A stretch of DNA of 63,855 nucleotides, counting the filler, from the NCBI GenBank assembly GCA_964501035.1. It is 4 parts of 4 records of this genome, joined end to end, with 100 filler letters (N's around TTAATTAATTAA, not from the genome) between each part and the next. Parts side by side here need not be neighbours in the genome. Positions count along the whole stretch, not along the records: positions 1 to 19,085 come from CAZCRK010000027.1; 3 more parts are not named here. One strand, written 5' to 3'. Made by a program: the position numbers and the translations under genes. This document shows, in pieces, positions 8,382 to 19,185 of this stretch (position 1 is the stretch's first letter; every line of letters starts with the position of its first letter). Under the pieces are notes generated by a model. That model searched no databases, was not told the origin of the DNA, and was given only the letters and a program-made list of their open reading frames with translations.

Positions 8382-9142
8382 AGTTGATTGATACACATTC
8401 ACATATTTACTATGATTCATTATCCGAAAATTTAGATGATGTAATTAACCGTGCATCTGATAATAATGTACATTCAATTATTTGTGTTGGAACTGATTTG
8501 ATTTCAAGCGAAACTTCTATCCAAATTGCAGAAAAATACCCCAATGTATATGCTACAGTTGGAATTCATCCACATGAAGCTAGCAAAGTATCCAAAAGTT
8601 ATTTGAATGAGTTAGAAAATTTTTTAGACCATCCCAAAGTTGTTGCAGTTGGTGAAATGGGATTAGATTATTATTACGAACATAGTGAAAGAAAAATCCA
8701 AAACAGAGTTTATCTTGAACAATTAGAATTTGCTAAATCATTTGATATGCCAGCTGTTGTACACTGTCGGGAATCCGACGAAGATATATTGAGCGGGATT
8801 GAATTTACTCACAGTTCGCATGGTGTCATTCATTGTTTTGCGAGTAATTTAGATTTTGCTCAAAAAATAATCAATACAGGGTTTTCCATTTCCTTTACTG
8901 GAATATTAACATTTGTTAAAGAATTGGAAGAAGTGGTCAGAGAAATTCCTTTAGAAAAATTATTAATTGAAACTGATGCACCTTATCTATCTCCCAAGCC
9001 ATTTAGAGGTAAAACAAACGAACCTGCTTACGTAAAGTACATAGCTGAAAAAATAGCAGAAATCAAAAATATACCCATAAATGACGTAGCAAAAGTTACT
9101 ACAGAAAACGCACTGTCTTTGTTTGCTAAAATCAATGCCTAG
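8378..9142 (+). CDS. tatD: TatD family DNase
   Basis: IDTHSH, GIHPH, GEMGLDY, ETDAPYL. Confidence 0.92.
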   Translation: MKLIDTHSHIYYDSLSENLDDVINRASDNNVHSIICVGTDLISSETSIQIAEKYPNVYATVGIHPHEASKVSKSYLNELENFLDHPKVVAVGEMGLDYYYEHSERKIQNRVYLEQLEFAKSFDMPAVVHCRESDEDILSGIEFTHSSHGVIHCFASNLDFAQKIINTGFSISFTGILTFVKELEEVVREIPLEKLLIETDAPYLSPKPFRGKTNEPAYVKYIAEKIAEIKNIPINDVAKVTTENALSLFAKINA

Positions 9143-9887
9143 TTCAAAACATCCATTTAGAAAACGATGGGGACAAAATTTTCTTCAAGATAAAAATGTT
9201 ATTGCAAAAATAGTTGCATTATTGGATATTCAACCTGATGATACAGTGTTGGAAATTGGACCAGGGCAAGGAGCATTAACATTTGAAATAGCAAAAATTG
9301 CAAAACATGTAATAGCTGTTGAAATTGATCCTTTGTTAGTGGATTTTTTAAACCAATCTAAAACCTATAATATGGAAATTATTCAAAGTGACATTTTAAA
9401 TATGGATTTAGATAATTTACCAAATTCTATGAAAATAATAGGGAACTTACCGTATAATATTACATCTCCTATATTGTTTAAGTTTTTAGATTGGGGTAAA
9501 TGGGAGAAGATGGTATTTATGACGCAGAAAGAGGTTGCTGAACGCATTGTATCTGCATCGGGGAATAAGAAATATGGGCGACTATCTGTTATGTCTCAGA
9601 TATTATCAAATGTAAGTTTAGATTTTCATGTTTCAAATACGGTATTTCACCCCAAGCCTGATGTGCAATCTTCGGTTTTATCGTTTCAGCCTTCAGCTAA
9701 AATCATTAAAAATATTGATGATTTGTCTAAAATTGTTAAACTTGCTTTTAGTCAACGAAGAAAAAAAATTAAAAACAATTTAAGACCGTTGTTTAATGAA
9801 GAAGAATTAGTGGGGTTGTCTGATATGAGGGCAGAAGATTTAAAAGTTTCAGATTACTTGGAGCTATATAAACAAAAATATTTGTAA
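9135..9887 (+). CDS. rsmA: 16S rRNA m6,2A dimethyltransferase KsgA
   Basis: GQNFL, LEIGPGQG, GNLPYNI; ATG 9135 preferred to TTG 9123. Confidence 0.93.
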   Translation: MPSSKHPFRKRWGQNFLQDKNVIAKIVALLDIQPDDTVLEIGPGQGALTFEIAKIAKHVIAVEIDPLLVDFLNQSKTYNMEIIQSDILNMDLDNLPNSMKIIGNLPYNITSPILFKFLDWGKWEKMVFMTQKEVAERIVSASGNKKYGRLSVMSQILSNVSLDFHVSNTVFHPKPDVQSSVLSFQPSAKIIKNIDDLSKIVKLAFSQRRKKIKNNLRPLFNEEELVGLSDMRAEDLKVSDYLELYKQKYL

Positions 9888-9945
9888 AAACATGAATTAA
9901 TTGTGTAAATTACTAAGCTATTCTAACCACCAATTATAGGAATTT

Positions 9946-10917
9946 ATGGCAAAAAAAGATACTGCAAAGAAAAAAACATCAACTAAAGTAGATGGAAAAG
10001 CTACAAAAAGCAATGCATCTGCTAAACCCAAAGTTCCTCCTAAGAAAAAACAAACCAAAATTGATAAAAAAATTCAAAAATTAGGAAGTGACGCAAATCG
10101 TTCACTTAGCAAATATTTACAAGAAATAAGCCGATATGAACCTCTTTCACCTGATAGGGAAGTAGAACTTGCTATCCGAGTAAAACAAGGGGACAGACGA
10201 GCATTAAAAGAATTAACAGAAGCAAATCTACGTTTTGTAGTTTCAGTTGCTAAAGATTACCAAGGTCAAGGACTTCCATTAACCGATTTAATTAATGAAG
10301 GTAACTTAGGTCTCATAAAAGCTGCTGAAAGATTTGATGAAACCCGTGGTTTTAAATTTATTTCGTATGCTGTGTGGTGGATTCGCCAATCTGTTTTACA
10401 AGCACTGGCTGAACATTCTAGAATTGTAAGGTTACCACTTAATCGAGTAGGTACAATTAGTAAAATTAATAAAGCATCTGAACGACTTGAGCAAGAGTTT
10501 GAAAGATCTCCTCGTGCTGATGAACTTTCAAAACAGTTGGGAATGAAAGTGAAAGAAGTAAATGATGCTCAACGAATTTCACGAAGACATCATTCGTTGG
10601 ATACTCCATTTTCAGATGAAGATAAAAATTGTTTGTTAGATGTTATTGCTGATGGCACAACTGAATCACCAGATAAAGAATTGCAAATGGATTCTCTTGA
10701 AGAAGAAGTATGTGCAGCATTGGATACATTAAAAGAACGTGAACGTGATGTTATTAAGATGTATTTCGGTATTCAACGCGGATATGCATTAACATTAAAT
10801 GAAATTGGCGAAGAATTTGGTTTGACTCGTGAACGTGTTCGACAGATTAAAGAAAAAGCAATCCGTCGGTTACGTCACAGGTCACGAAGTAAAACATTAA
10901 GAACATATTTAGGATAA
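9946..10917 (+). CDS. rpoD: Primary-type sigma70 factor, short form with a basic N-terminus in place of region 1.1
   Basis: [40 protein letters not shown]. Confidence 0.85.
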   Translation: MAKKDTAKKKTSTKVDGKATKSNASAKPKVPPKKKQTKIDKKIQKLGSDANRSLSKYLQEISRYEPLSPDREVELAIRVKQGDRRALKELTEANLRFVVSVAKDYQGQGLPLTDLINEGNLGLIKAAERFDETRGFKFISYAVWWIRQSVLQALAEHSRIVRLPLNRVGTISKINKASERLEQEFERSPRADELSKQLGMKVKEVNDAQRISRRHHSLDTPFSDEDKNCLLDVIADGTTESPDKELQMDSLEEEVCAALDTLKERERDVIKMYFGIQRGYALTLNEIGEEFGLTRERVRQIKEKAIRRLRHRSRSKTLRTYLG

Positions 10918-10936
10918 CCAGAAGGAGGTAATTAGT

Positions 10937-11113
10937 ATGGTTAGTGTTAAAGTTAGAGATGGTGAACCCTTTGAAAAAGCATTACGACGTTTTAAGAAAA
11001 AGTGGGAAAAAGCAGGAATCTTGCGTGAATGTAAATCTCGGCAACATTATTTGAAACCAAGTGCAGAGAAAAAACTCGCAAAATCTAAAAAGAAAAAACG
11101 ACCACTTTATTAA
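10937..11113 (+). CDS. rpsU: 30S ribosomal protein S21 (58 aa, absent from ORF track)
   Basis: [49 protein letters not shown]. Confidence 0.95.
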   Translation: MVSVKVRDGEPFEKALRRFKKKWEKAGILRECKSRQHYLKPSAEKKLAKSKKKKRPLY

Positions 11114-11138
11114 GTTGAGGTTATTTTGAATTTTTATT

Positions 11139-11170
11139 AAAAAGTCCAGACTATACGGTCTGGACTTTTT
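11139..11170. terminator. Rho-independent terminator
   Basis: AAAAAGTCCAGAC-TATACG-GTCTGGACTTTTT. Confidence 0.85.
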
Positions 11171-11182
11171 TAATTTATACCT

Positions 11183-12523
11183 ATGGAATTTATACGAGGA
11201 ATATCAGGAATACGTGGAATTGTAGGCAATGGACTAGATGTTCAATCAGTTTCTGTCCATGCTAAAGCATTTGCAAACATCCAAAAAGATGGAATAATAT
11301 TAGTTGCTAGAGATAGTCGTTCTCATGGTGCAGAATTGTTAGAGGCAATTAGCAATGCTTTATCAGAAATTGGGCGAACCGTTGTTAATTGTGATATTAT
11401 ACCAACACCCACTGCACAATTTATGATTGAAAAAAGGCAATACGCTGGTGGTATTGTTATAACTGCAAGTCATAATCCTATTCAATGGAATGGAATGAAA
11501 TTTATTGATTCAGATGGCTGTTTCTTAGATAGTGATAAAAATAATAGACTGTTTCAAATTGCAGATGAAAATAAATTTGGTTCATCTAAACTTTTAGGGA
11601 AAATTGAAAATGATGAAGATGGTTTGACAGAGCATATTGACCATACATCAACTTTGTCAGTAATAGATTTACCTTTGATAAAATCAAGACAATTTAAGGT
11701 TGTTGTTGATTCTGTGAATGGTGCTGCATCTGATGCACTTCCTAGAATGTTAGAAAAGTTAGGGTGTGATGTTGAAGAAATTTATTGTGAACCAAACGGA
11801 ATATTTTTGAGAGGAGCTGAACCACTTCCACATAATCTTGAAGATTTAGGAAATAAGGTTAAGCAAGTGAATGCTGATGTAGGGTTTGCAACTGATCCAG
11901 ATGGAGATAGGTTGGCAGTTGTGGATGAAAAAGGAAATCCACTCGGTGAAGAATATACCTTAACTATTTGTGCTGATGCTGTGTTAAGTAAATATGATAA
12001 TTCAACTCCACTAGTTACAAATCTTTCGACTACATTAGCTTTGGATAAGTTGGCAGAAAGGTATGAAAATTCAGTTATTCGATCAGCAGTAGGAGAAATC
12101 AATGTTGTTAATCTAATGAAAGAGAAAAAATCAGTGATTGGGGGTGAAGGAAATGGAGGAGTAATATTCCCAGAATCACATTATGGGAGAGATTCATTGG
12201 TAGGTGTAACTCTATTCTTGCAAAAAATGGCAACTACTCATCAAAGAGTAAGTGAGATATTTCATTCAATGCCTCAGTTTAAAATGGTAAAGGATAAAGT
12301 AGAATTAGGCGAAGTAGATCCTGATGAAGCAATTGCCAAAATACAAAAAGCATTTCTTGATATTGAACAAAACACATTAGATGGATTAAAATTAACTTGG
12401 TCTGACCGATGGGTACATATCCGAAAATCAAATACAGAACCAATCGTTCGAATTTATGCAGAAGCACCAACAAAAAATGATGCCAATAAGTTAGTTAAAA
12501 CAATAAAAAAATGTATATTGTAA
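11183..12523 (+). CDS. glmM: Phosphoglucosamine mutase / phosphohexomutase
   Basis: ITASHNP, DPDGDR, GGEGNGG, RKSNTEP. Confidence 0.8.
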   Translation: MEFIRGISGIRGIVGNGLDVQSVSVHAKAFANIQKDGIILVARDSRSHGAELLEAISNALSEIGRTVVNCDIIPTPTAQFMIEKRQYAGGIVITASHNPIQWNGMKFIDSDGCFLDSDKNNRLFQIADENKFGSSKLLGKIENDEDGLTEHIDHTSTLSVIDLPLIKSRQFKVVVDSVNGAASDALPRMLEKLGCDVEEIYCEPNGIFLRGAEPLPHNLEDLGNKVKQVNADVGFATDPDGDRLAVVDEKGNPLGEEYTLTICADAVLSKYDNSTPLVTNLSTTLALDKLAERYENSVIRSAVGEINVVNLMKEKKSVIGGEGNGGVIFPESHYGRDSLVGVTLFLQKMATTHQRVSEIFHSMPQFKMVKDKVELGEVDPDEAIAKIQKAFLDIEQNTLDGLKLTWSDRWVHIRKSNTEPIVRIYAEAPTKNDANKLVKTIKKCIL

Positions 12524-13429
12524 ATGAGTAACAAATTACTAAATTCAACCCAAATTATGTATATTGATGAAGTAGGTGTAAATGAACGTATTACTAGATT
12601 AAACTCTAGAAGTATTAAAAAAGAGAGTAAAAATTCTGCTCTTTTGTTAGCATTAAGCATGATTGATTTAACTACACTCGAAGGAATGGATACGCCAGGA
12701 AAAGTTAAACAATTGTGTAACAAGGCAATGCATCTTTCAAATGGAGTTAACAATGTTCCTCATGTTGCTGCAATATGTGTATATCCATCATTAGTAAGAA
12801 TTGCAAAAACTGCACTGGATGGAAGTGGAATTCATATTGCTTCGGTTGCAACAGGTTTTCCAAGCGGACAAACCAGTCTAGAATCAAGATTAGATGAAAT
12901 AAAATATGCTCTTGACGAAGGGGCGGATGAAGTTGATATGGTAATTTCAAGAGGAAAATTTCTTAGTGGAGATTTTGATTCTGTATTTGATGAAATTGTT
13001 AAATCAAAAGAAGTATGTAGAGATGCTCATCTCAAGGTGATTTTGGAAACATCTGAGTTAAGTACATTAGATAATGTTCGCCATGCTAGCAATATTGCTA
13101 TGGAAGCAGGGGCAGATTTTATTAAAACATCTACGGGTAAAGCAAAATGTGGAGCAACTCAACCCGTTACACTTGTAATGTTAGAAGCCATTCGGGATTT
13201 CTATAAAAAAACTGGTAAAAAAATTGGTATGAAACCTGCAGGTGGAATTAGTGATTCTAAAACAGCATTAAAATATTTAGTAATGGTTAAAGAAACATTA
13301 GGCACAGAATGGCTTACCTCTAAATTATTTAGATTTGGAGCGAGTTCTTTAGCTAATGATTTGTTAATGCAAATCATGAAGCAAAAAACCGGTGTATATC
13401 AATCAATTGATTATTTTTCAAAGGACTAG
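12524..13429 (+). CDS. deoC: Deoxyribose-phosphate aldolase
   Basis: IDLTTL, DEVDMV, KVILET, FIKTSTGK, RFGASSL. Confidence 0.95.
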   Translation: MSNKLLNSTQIMYIDEVGVNERITRLNSRSIKKESKNSALLLALSMIDLTTLEGMDTPGKVKQLCNKAMHLSNGVNNVPHVAAICVYPSLVRIAKTALDGSGIHIASVATGFPSGQTSLESRLDEIKYALDEGADEVDMVISRGKFLSGDFDSVFDEIVKSKEVCRDAHLKVILETSELSTLDNVRHASNIAMEAGADFIKTSTGKAKCGATQPVTLVMLEAIRDFYKKTGKKIGMKPAGGISDSKTALKYLVMVKETLGTEWLTSKLFRFGASSLANDLLMQIMKQKTGVYQSIDYFSKD

Positions 13430-13432
13430 AAT

Positions 13433-14887
13433 ATGAGTGAAACAACAAAATTTACCCTAGATTATTCTCCAGCTATTGAGTCAACTGATCATATTTCGAT
13501 AGATAAGCAATATGATTTATTTATTGATGGTGAATTTCAAGCCCCATCAAATGGAAAGTATTTTGATACAATTAATCCAGCAACAGGAGAGACAATTTCA
13601 AAAGTTGCTGAAGCCAATACTAATGATGTCGATAAAGCAGTTTTATCTGCGAAAAAATGTTATGAAAATGTTTGGTCAAAATTACCTGCAAAAGAGCGTG
13701 GAAAATATATATATAGAATAGCGAGAGTGCTTCAAGAAAGAAGCCGAGAATTTGCTGTTATTGAGACGATTGATGGCGGAAAACCAATTCGTGAAAGTAG
13801 GGATGTTGATTTACCACTAGCTGCTTCACATTTCTTTTACTATGCTGGATGGGCTGATAAATTAGATTATGCTTTTCCAGGAAGACAAACCCGAGCTTTA
13901 GGGGTTGCAGGGCAAATTATTCCTTGGAATTTCCCGTTATTAATGGCTGCTTGGAAAATAGCACCTGCACTTGCTTGTGGAAATACTGTCGTTTTAAAAC
14001 CTGCTGAAACAACACCACTTACTGCACTAAAATTAGCTGAACTATTTCAAGACATTGATTTACCACCTGGTGCAGTTAATATTATCACTGGAGCTGGTCA
14101 GACTGGTGCTGAAATTGTCAATCATACTGATGTTGATAAAATTGCATTTACAGGTTCGACAGATGTTGGAAAAATCATCCAAAAGGCATTAGCTAGAACT
14201 CAAAAAAGAGTAACACTCGAATTGGGTGGAAAAGCGGCACATATAATATGTAATGATGCAGCAATTAATCAAGCTGTTGAAGGAATTATTAATGGTATAT
14301 TTTTCAATCAAGGTCATGTTTGTTGTGCCGGAAGTCGATTATATTTACAAGAAGGAATTGCTGAAGAAGTATTAGCAAAACTTAAACACAGAATGGATTC
14401 CTTGATTGTGGGTAATCCACTTGATAAAAACACGGACATTGGTGCTATAAACTCTAAAATGCAACTCGATAAAATAAAAGCATTAGTTCAATCTGGAATT
14501 GATGAAGGTGGTGAATTATATCAACCTAATAATGATATTCCTAGCAAAGGATACTATTTCAAACCAACCTTAATTTCAAATGTTTCTCAATCTCACAGAG
14601 TGGTTCAAGAAGAAATATTTGGGCCTGTTTTGGCTATTCAAACGTTCCGAACAATTGAAGAAGTTATTGAAAAAGCAAATAACACTCCTTATGGTTTGTC
14701 TGGTGGGGTTTGGACGGATAAAGGTGCTAAAATATTCAAAATTACCAATGAAATTCGTGCGGGTGTAATGTGGGCAAATTCATTTAATAAGTTTGATCCA
14801 AGTTCTCCATTTGGTGGTTATAAGGAAAGTGGAATGGGCAGAGAAGGTGGAGTCCATGGTTTGCAATCTTATTTGGAGTTAGTATGA
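13433..14887 (+). CDS. Aldehyde dehydrogenase (catalytic subunit)
   Basis: IIPWNFP, FTGST, LELGGK, NQGHVCCAG, EEIFGP. Confidence 0.93.
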   Translation: MSETTKFTLDYSPAIESTDHISIDKQYDLFIDGEFQAPSNGKYFDTINPATGETISKVAEANTNDVDKAVLSAKKCYENVWSKLPAKERGKYIYRIARVLQERSREFAVIETIDGGKPIRESRDVDLPLAASHFFYYAGWADKLDYAFPGRQTRALGVAGQIIPWNFPLLMAAWKIAPALACGNTVVLKPAETTPLTALKLAELFQDIDLPPGAVNIITGAGQTGAEIVNHTDVDKIAFTGSTDVGKIIQKALARTQKRVTLELGGKAAHIICNDAAINQAVEGIINGIFFNQGHVCCAGSRLYLQEGIAEEVLAKLKHRMDSLIVGNPLDKNTDIGAINSKMQLDKIKALVQSGIDEGGELYQPNNDIPSKGYYFKPTLISNVSQSHRVVQEEIFGPVLAIQTFRTIEEVIEKANNTPYGLSGGVWTDKGAKIFKITNEIRAGVMWANSFNKFDPSSPFGGYKESGMGREGGVHGLQSYLELV

Positions 14888-15747
14888 GTGATAGATTAAA
14901 CGTTCAAAAAACATACAAGTTATATATAAATGGTCAATTTCCAAGAACAGAATCAGGGAGATATTATCCTGTTAAGGATTCAGACGGGAAATTTATTGCA
15001 AATGCATGTCTTGCAAGCCGTAAAGATTTTAGAAATGCGGTACAATCTGCGAGGTCTGCTGTAGGAAATTGGAATAGTAGAACCGCTTATAACAGAGGTC
15101 AAATTTTATATCGCATAGCTGAAACAATGGAGTATAGAAAAGATCAATTTATTCAAGAACTATTACAGTTTGGATTTTCACAACATGAAGCAGAAATAGA
15201 AATTAATACTTCAGTTGATAAAGTTGTGTATTATGCTGGGTGGTCTGATAAATTTCAGCAAATATTTAGTTCTGTAAATCCAGTTTCAAGTTCTCATTTT
15301 AACTTCTCTATTCTTGAAAATCAAGGAGTTATTGCAGTTATAGCACCTGAAACAAATCCATTATGTGGTATTCTCTCTGTTATAATCCCTGCAATTGTTA
15401 GTGGAAATACCGTCGTTTGTCTTGCTTCAGAAAACTATCCATTTTCAGCAATATCGCTAGCAGAAGTACTTCAAACCTCAGATGTACCGTCAGGGGTAGT
15501 AAACATACTAACTGGAAAAGTTTCTGAATTGCATGAACATTTTGCATCTCATATGGATGTGGATGGAATTATTTATTGCGGACAAGATAATACTACAATT
15601 CAACAAATCAAAGAAAGTGCTTCACTCAATATGAAACGTGTGAAAGTTTATAATAAAAATAATTGGTTAGAAGATAAAACACAATCACCATATTTTATTT
15701 TAGAAAACACTGAAGTAAAAACTACATGGCATCCAATTGGGAAATAA
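14884..15747 (+). CDS. Short ALDH-like protein (Rossmann part only, no catalytic domain)
   Basis: KTYKLYINGQFPRTESGR, PSGVVNILTG, KTTWHPIG; lacks ELGG and the catalytic Cys. Confidence 0.8.
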   Translation: MSDRLNVQKTYKLYINGQFPRTESGRYYPVKDSDGKFIANACLASRKDFRNAVQSARSAVGNWNSRTAYNRGQILYRIAETMEYRKDQFIQELLQFGFSQHEAEIEINTSVDKVVYYAGWSDKFQQIFSSVNPVSSSHFNFSILENQGVIAVIAPETNPLCGILSVIIPAIVSGNTVVCLASENYPFSAISLAEVLQTSDVPSGVVNILTGKVSELHEHFASHMDVDGIIYCGQDNTTIQQIKESASLNMKRVKVYNKNNWLEDKTQSPYFILENTEVKTTWHPIGK

Positions 15748-15827
15748 TGTGCAAATATTGACCTTGCAACTTTGTTTATATTTTATAAAAACATACTAAA
15801 ACGAAATACAAATTAGGAATTAAATAA

Positions 15828-17246
15828 ATGAATCAAGTAGCAAGAGAAGTTCCCAAAAAAGGTACAGATATAGAACTTAATATCGAGTCATTAGCCTTTG
15901 GTGGAATGGGTGTATCTCATGTTGGAGATATAGTAGTTTTTGTTAAAAATGCAATACCAGGAATGAAAGTGTTAGCTCGTATTACTAAAAAACGATCCAG
16001 ATTTTTAGAAGCCCGTACTTTGAGAGTAATTGAAAATTCACCTTTGGCAGTAGATGTTAAATGTAACCACTTTGCTGATTGTGGAGGTTGTACTTTCCAA
16101 AACTTAAACTATGATGAACAGTTATCAGCAAAGGAAGAACAAGTACGTGATGTTTTTAGGCGTATTGGTGGATTTAAAAATGTACACGTTGAACCCATTC
16201 AAGGGTGTAATGATATATTTCATTATAGAAATAAAATGGAATTTACCTTCGCAAATAGAAGGTGGGTGACTAACGATGAGCCTGAAGGAGTAAATACAGA
16301 TTTTGCATTGGGTCTGCATGTTCCAGGTAGGTATGATAAAATACTAAACATCGATAAATGCCATATTCAATCACATGATGCAAATAGAATTCTCATGATA
16401 GTGAAAACATTGGCAAAAGAACTTGGATTAACACCCTATGATATCAAAGAACATACTGGTTTTTTACGCCATTTAATGATTCGTCATGCTCAAAACACCA
16501 ATGAGATAATGGTGAATATTGTAACATCTACTGACGGAAGAACCGAGTTGCAGCCTATTGTGAAATCCTTAGTGGAAACATTTCCTAATATTAAAAGCAT
16601 TGTTAACAATGTAACAACTCGACGTGCAGGGGTTTCAACAGGTGAAAAGCAATTTGTGCTTTTTGGAAAGGACTCTATAACAGAAACATTAGGAACATAT
16701 TCATATACAATCTCAGCAGATTCGTTTTTCCAAACCAATTCCAAGCAAGCTGAAGTGTTGTACGACTTAATTAATGAAGAAGCATCTTTGACTGGCGATG
16801 AAGTAGTATATGATTTGTTTTGCGGTACGGGATCAATTTCGATTTTTGTGGCAGAAAAAGCTAAAATGGTTTATGGATTTGAATTAGTGATGCCAGCTGT
16901 TCAAGATGCAATGCAAAATGCAATCAAAAACGGTGTTAAAAATGCATGGTTTTTTAGTGGAGATTTAATGAATATTTTTCAGACTAATGAAGAAACAAAA
17001 CAATTACCAAATCCTGATGTAATGATTGTAGACCCTCCAAGAGCTGGATTACACCCCAAAACAATTCCAGATATTTTAGAGAAGTCTCCTCATAGAATAG
17101 TGTATGTTTCATGTAATCCTTCTACGCAAGCACGTGATGTGAAAGAATTGTGTGAAAATGGATATGAACTCCATAAATTAAGACCGGTTGATATGTTTCC
17201 ACATACACCGCATGTTGAAAACATTGCTACACTGATTAAAAAGTAA
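15828..17246 (+). CDS. rlmD: 23S rRNA m5U1939 methyltransferase
   Basis: TRAM domain, CNHFADCGGC, SFFQTN, DPPRAG, YVSCNP, DMFPHT. Confidence 0.9.
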   Translation: MNQVAREVPKKGTDIELNIESLAFGGMGVSHVGDIVVFVKNAIPGMKVLARITKKRSRFLEARTLRVIENSPLAVDVKCNHFADCGGCTFQNLNYDEQLSAKEEQVRDVFRRIGGFKNVHVEPIQGCNDIFHYRNKMEFTFANRRWVTNDEPEGVNTDFALGLHVPGRYDKILNIDKCHIQSHDANRILMIVKTLAKELGLTPYDIKEHTGFLRHLMIRHAQNTNEIMVNIVTSTDGRTELQPIVKSLVETFPNIKSIVNNVTTRRAGVSTGEKQFVLFGKDSITETLGTYSYTISADSFFQTNSKQAEVLYDLINEEASLTGDEVVYDLFCGTGSISIFVAEKAKMVYGFELVMPAVQDAMQNAIKNGVKNAWFFSGDLMNIFQTNEETKQLPNPDVMIVDPPRAGLHPKTIPDILEKSPHRIVYVSCNPSTQARDVKELCENGYELHKLRPVDMFPHTPHVENIATLIKK

Positions 17247-18175
17247 TGCCAAAACACAACAATTCAGCAATATCAATTCAAGCTCTTCGCAAAATTTATG
17301 AAGATAGCTTTGAAGCATTAAAAGGTATTGATTTAGAAATCCCTAAGGGTTCATTTTTTGGTTTACTTGGTCCAAATGGAGCAGGCAAAACAACCACAAT
17401 TGGCATATTAACAGGTCTGGTAAATCTAACTTCTGGGAGTGCATATATATTAGGACATGATGTTGTTTCTGATTTTAGAAATTCCAGACGATTAGTTGGA
17501 TTATCTCCACAGGAATTAAATTTTGATGTATTTTTTACCATTGATGAATTATTATTACTTCAAGCTGGATATTATAGTATTTCTCGGAAAATAGCTCGAT
17601 ATAGAGTGGATGAGATTTTACATCAATTTGGATTGTATGAAAAACGTCATAGCAAAGCTAGGCAGCTTTCAGGTGGTATGAAACGAAGAGTTCAAATTGC
17701 CAAAGCAATAGTGCATGATCCACCCATAATTATATTGGACGAACCTACAGCAGGTGTGGATATTGAGTTGAGACATATGTTGTGGGATTACTTAAATACA
17801 ATAAACAAAAATGGTAAGACAATCCTACTCACAACTCACTATATTGAAGAAGCAGAAAGTTTGTGCGACACAGTTGCAATCATAGATAATGGGAATATTA
17901 TCTCACAAGGCTCTCCAAAAGAGTTAATAAAATCAATTGGAAAATCCACGGTTGATATTCAAATAGCGCATCAAAATGGCAGCTTAAATTTATCTAATTG
18001 GGAACATACTTTGATTGAGAACCACCTTGTAATTTCAGTAAATGACTCAGAACAAGAACTCCCCAAAATTATTCAACAGTTAACTCAACAAAATATTTTA
18101 ATAGAAAATATTAAATTAAATAACAGCTCTTTAGAGGATGTTTTTTTATCACTTACAGGTAAGGTTATATCATAA
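17246..18175 (+). CDS. ABC exporter ATP-binding protein (YadG-like)
   Basis: GPNGAGKT, LSGGMKRR, LDEPTAGVD. Confidence 0.9.
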   Translation: MPKHNNSAISIQALRKIYEDSFEALKGIDLEIPKGSFFGLLGPNGAGKTTTIGILTGLVNLTSGSAYILGHDVVSDFRNSRRLVGLSPQELNFDVFFTIDELLLLQAGYYSISRKIARYRVDEILHQFGLYEKRHSKARQLSGGMKRRVQIAKAIVHDPPIIILDEPTAGVDIELRHMLWDYLNTINKNGKTILLTTHYIEEAESLCDTVAIIDNGNIISQGSPKELIKSIGKSTVDIQIAHQNGSLNLSNWEHTLIENHLVISVNDSEQELPKIIQQLTQQNILIENIKLNNSSLEDVFLSLTGKVIS

Positions 18176-18942
18176 TGAGAGTATTTAATATTGGGTTTTA
18201 TACCTTGATTCGAAGAGAAACGCTTCGGTTTTTGGCATTGTATCAACAAACTATTTTACCCAGTATAATCTCATCGGGGTTATATATTATTGTTTTTGGA
18301 GAATCTTTAGGTTCTCGCATTGGTGAAATCAAAAATACAGATTACATCCACTTTATTATTCCAGGTTTGGTTATGATGTCAGTTATTAATCATGCTTATC
18401 AAAATTCATCTTCAAGCATAATGCAAGCAAAATTTCTTAGATTTATTGAGGATATTCTAATTACTCCATTAAGCGGATTTGAAATTAGTATGGGTTATGT
18501 GATTGGTGCGACTATTAGAGGTGTTTTAAATGGTGTGCTGGTTATTATTATAGGATGGATATTATCCGGTTTTATCGTCCAAAATTGGTTATTAACTTTT
18601 GTTTATTTACTTTCAGTATCTTGGACATTTGCTTCAGTAGGAGTTATAGTTGGAGTCTCAGCAAGTACCTGGGATCATATTGGTGTATTTACTAACTTTA
18701 TATTTCTTCCACTTACATTTTTGGGTGGGGTGTTTTATTCGATAGATATGCTTCCTGAATTTTGGCGAGTTTTATCTCAATTTAATCCACTTTATTGGAT
18801 GATTAATGGTTTACGCTATTCTACTTTAGGTATCTCTGATACATCACATAATATTTCATTGCTGTTAAGTATTAGTTTTGCAATAATATTTTCAATTATT
18901 TCTACCTTATTGATTTCAAAAGGATATAAGATTAAGACATAA
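18175..18942 (+). CDS. ABC-2 permease (YadH-like)
   Basis: Six hydrophobic segments, FIIPGL, PLTFLGGVFYS, NPLYW. Confidence 0.88.
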   Translation: MRVFNIGFYTLIRRETLRFLALYQQTILPSIISSGLYIIVFGESLGSRIGEIKNTDYIHFIIPGLVMMSVINHAYQNSSSSIMQAKFLRFIEDILITPLSGFEISMGYVIGATIRGVLNGVLVIIIGWILSGFIVQNWLLTFVYLLSVSWTFASVGVIVGVSASTWDHIGVFTNFIFLPLTFLGGVFYSIDMLPEFWRVLSQFNPLYWMINGLRYSTLGISDTSHNISLLLSISFAIIFSIISTLLISKGYKIKT

Positions 18943-19014
18943 AATGACTAGAAACAATTTGTTAAATGTAGATGTGTAACATGTAAATTAGCAGTCTTGA
19001 CAAAGCATGTAATT

Positions 19015-19085
19015 GCACCCGTGGCTCAACTGGATAGAGCATCTGTCTACGGAACAGAAGGTTACAGGTTCGAATCCTGTCGGGT
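19015..19085 (+). tRNA. tRNA-Arg(ACG), 3' end cut by contig end
   Basis: GCACCCG acceptor, D loop with TGGATA, anticodon arm TCTGT-CTACGGA-ACAGA, T arm GGTTCGAATCC. Confidence 0.93.
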
Positions 19086-19185
19086 NNNNNNNNNNNNNNN
19101 NNNNNNNNNNNNNNNNNNNNNNNNNNNNNTTAATTAATTAANNNNNNNNNNNNNNNNNNNNNNNNNNNNNNNNNNNNNNNNNNNN
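19086..19185. other. Artificial contig spacer
   Basis: 100 nt of N with central TTAATTAATTAA (stops in all six frames). Confidence 0.95.

Noticed and set aside
19130..19141. TTAATTAATTAA palindrome repeated three times in the window
   Set aside because: Always centred in a 100-N run; an artificial contig linker. Adjacency across these spacers is not evidence of linkage.
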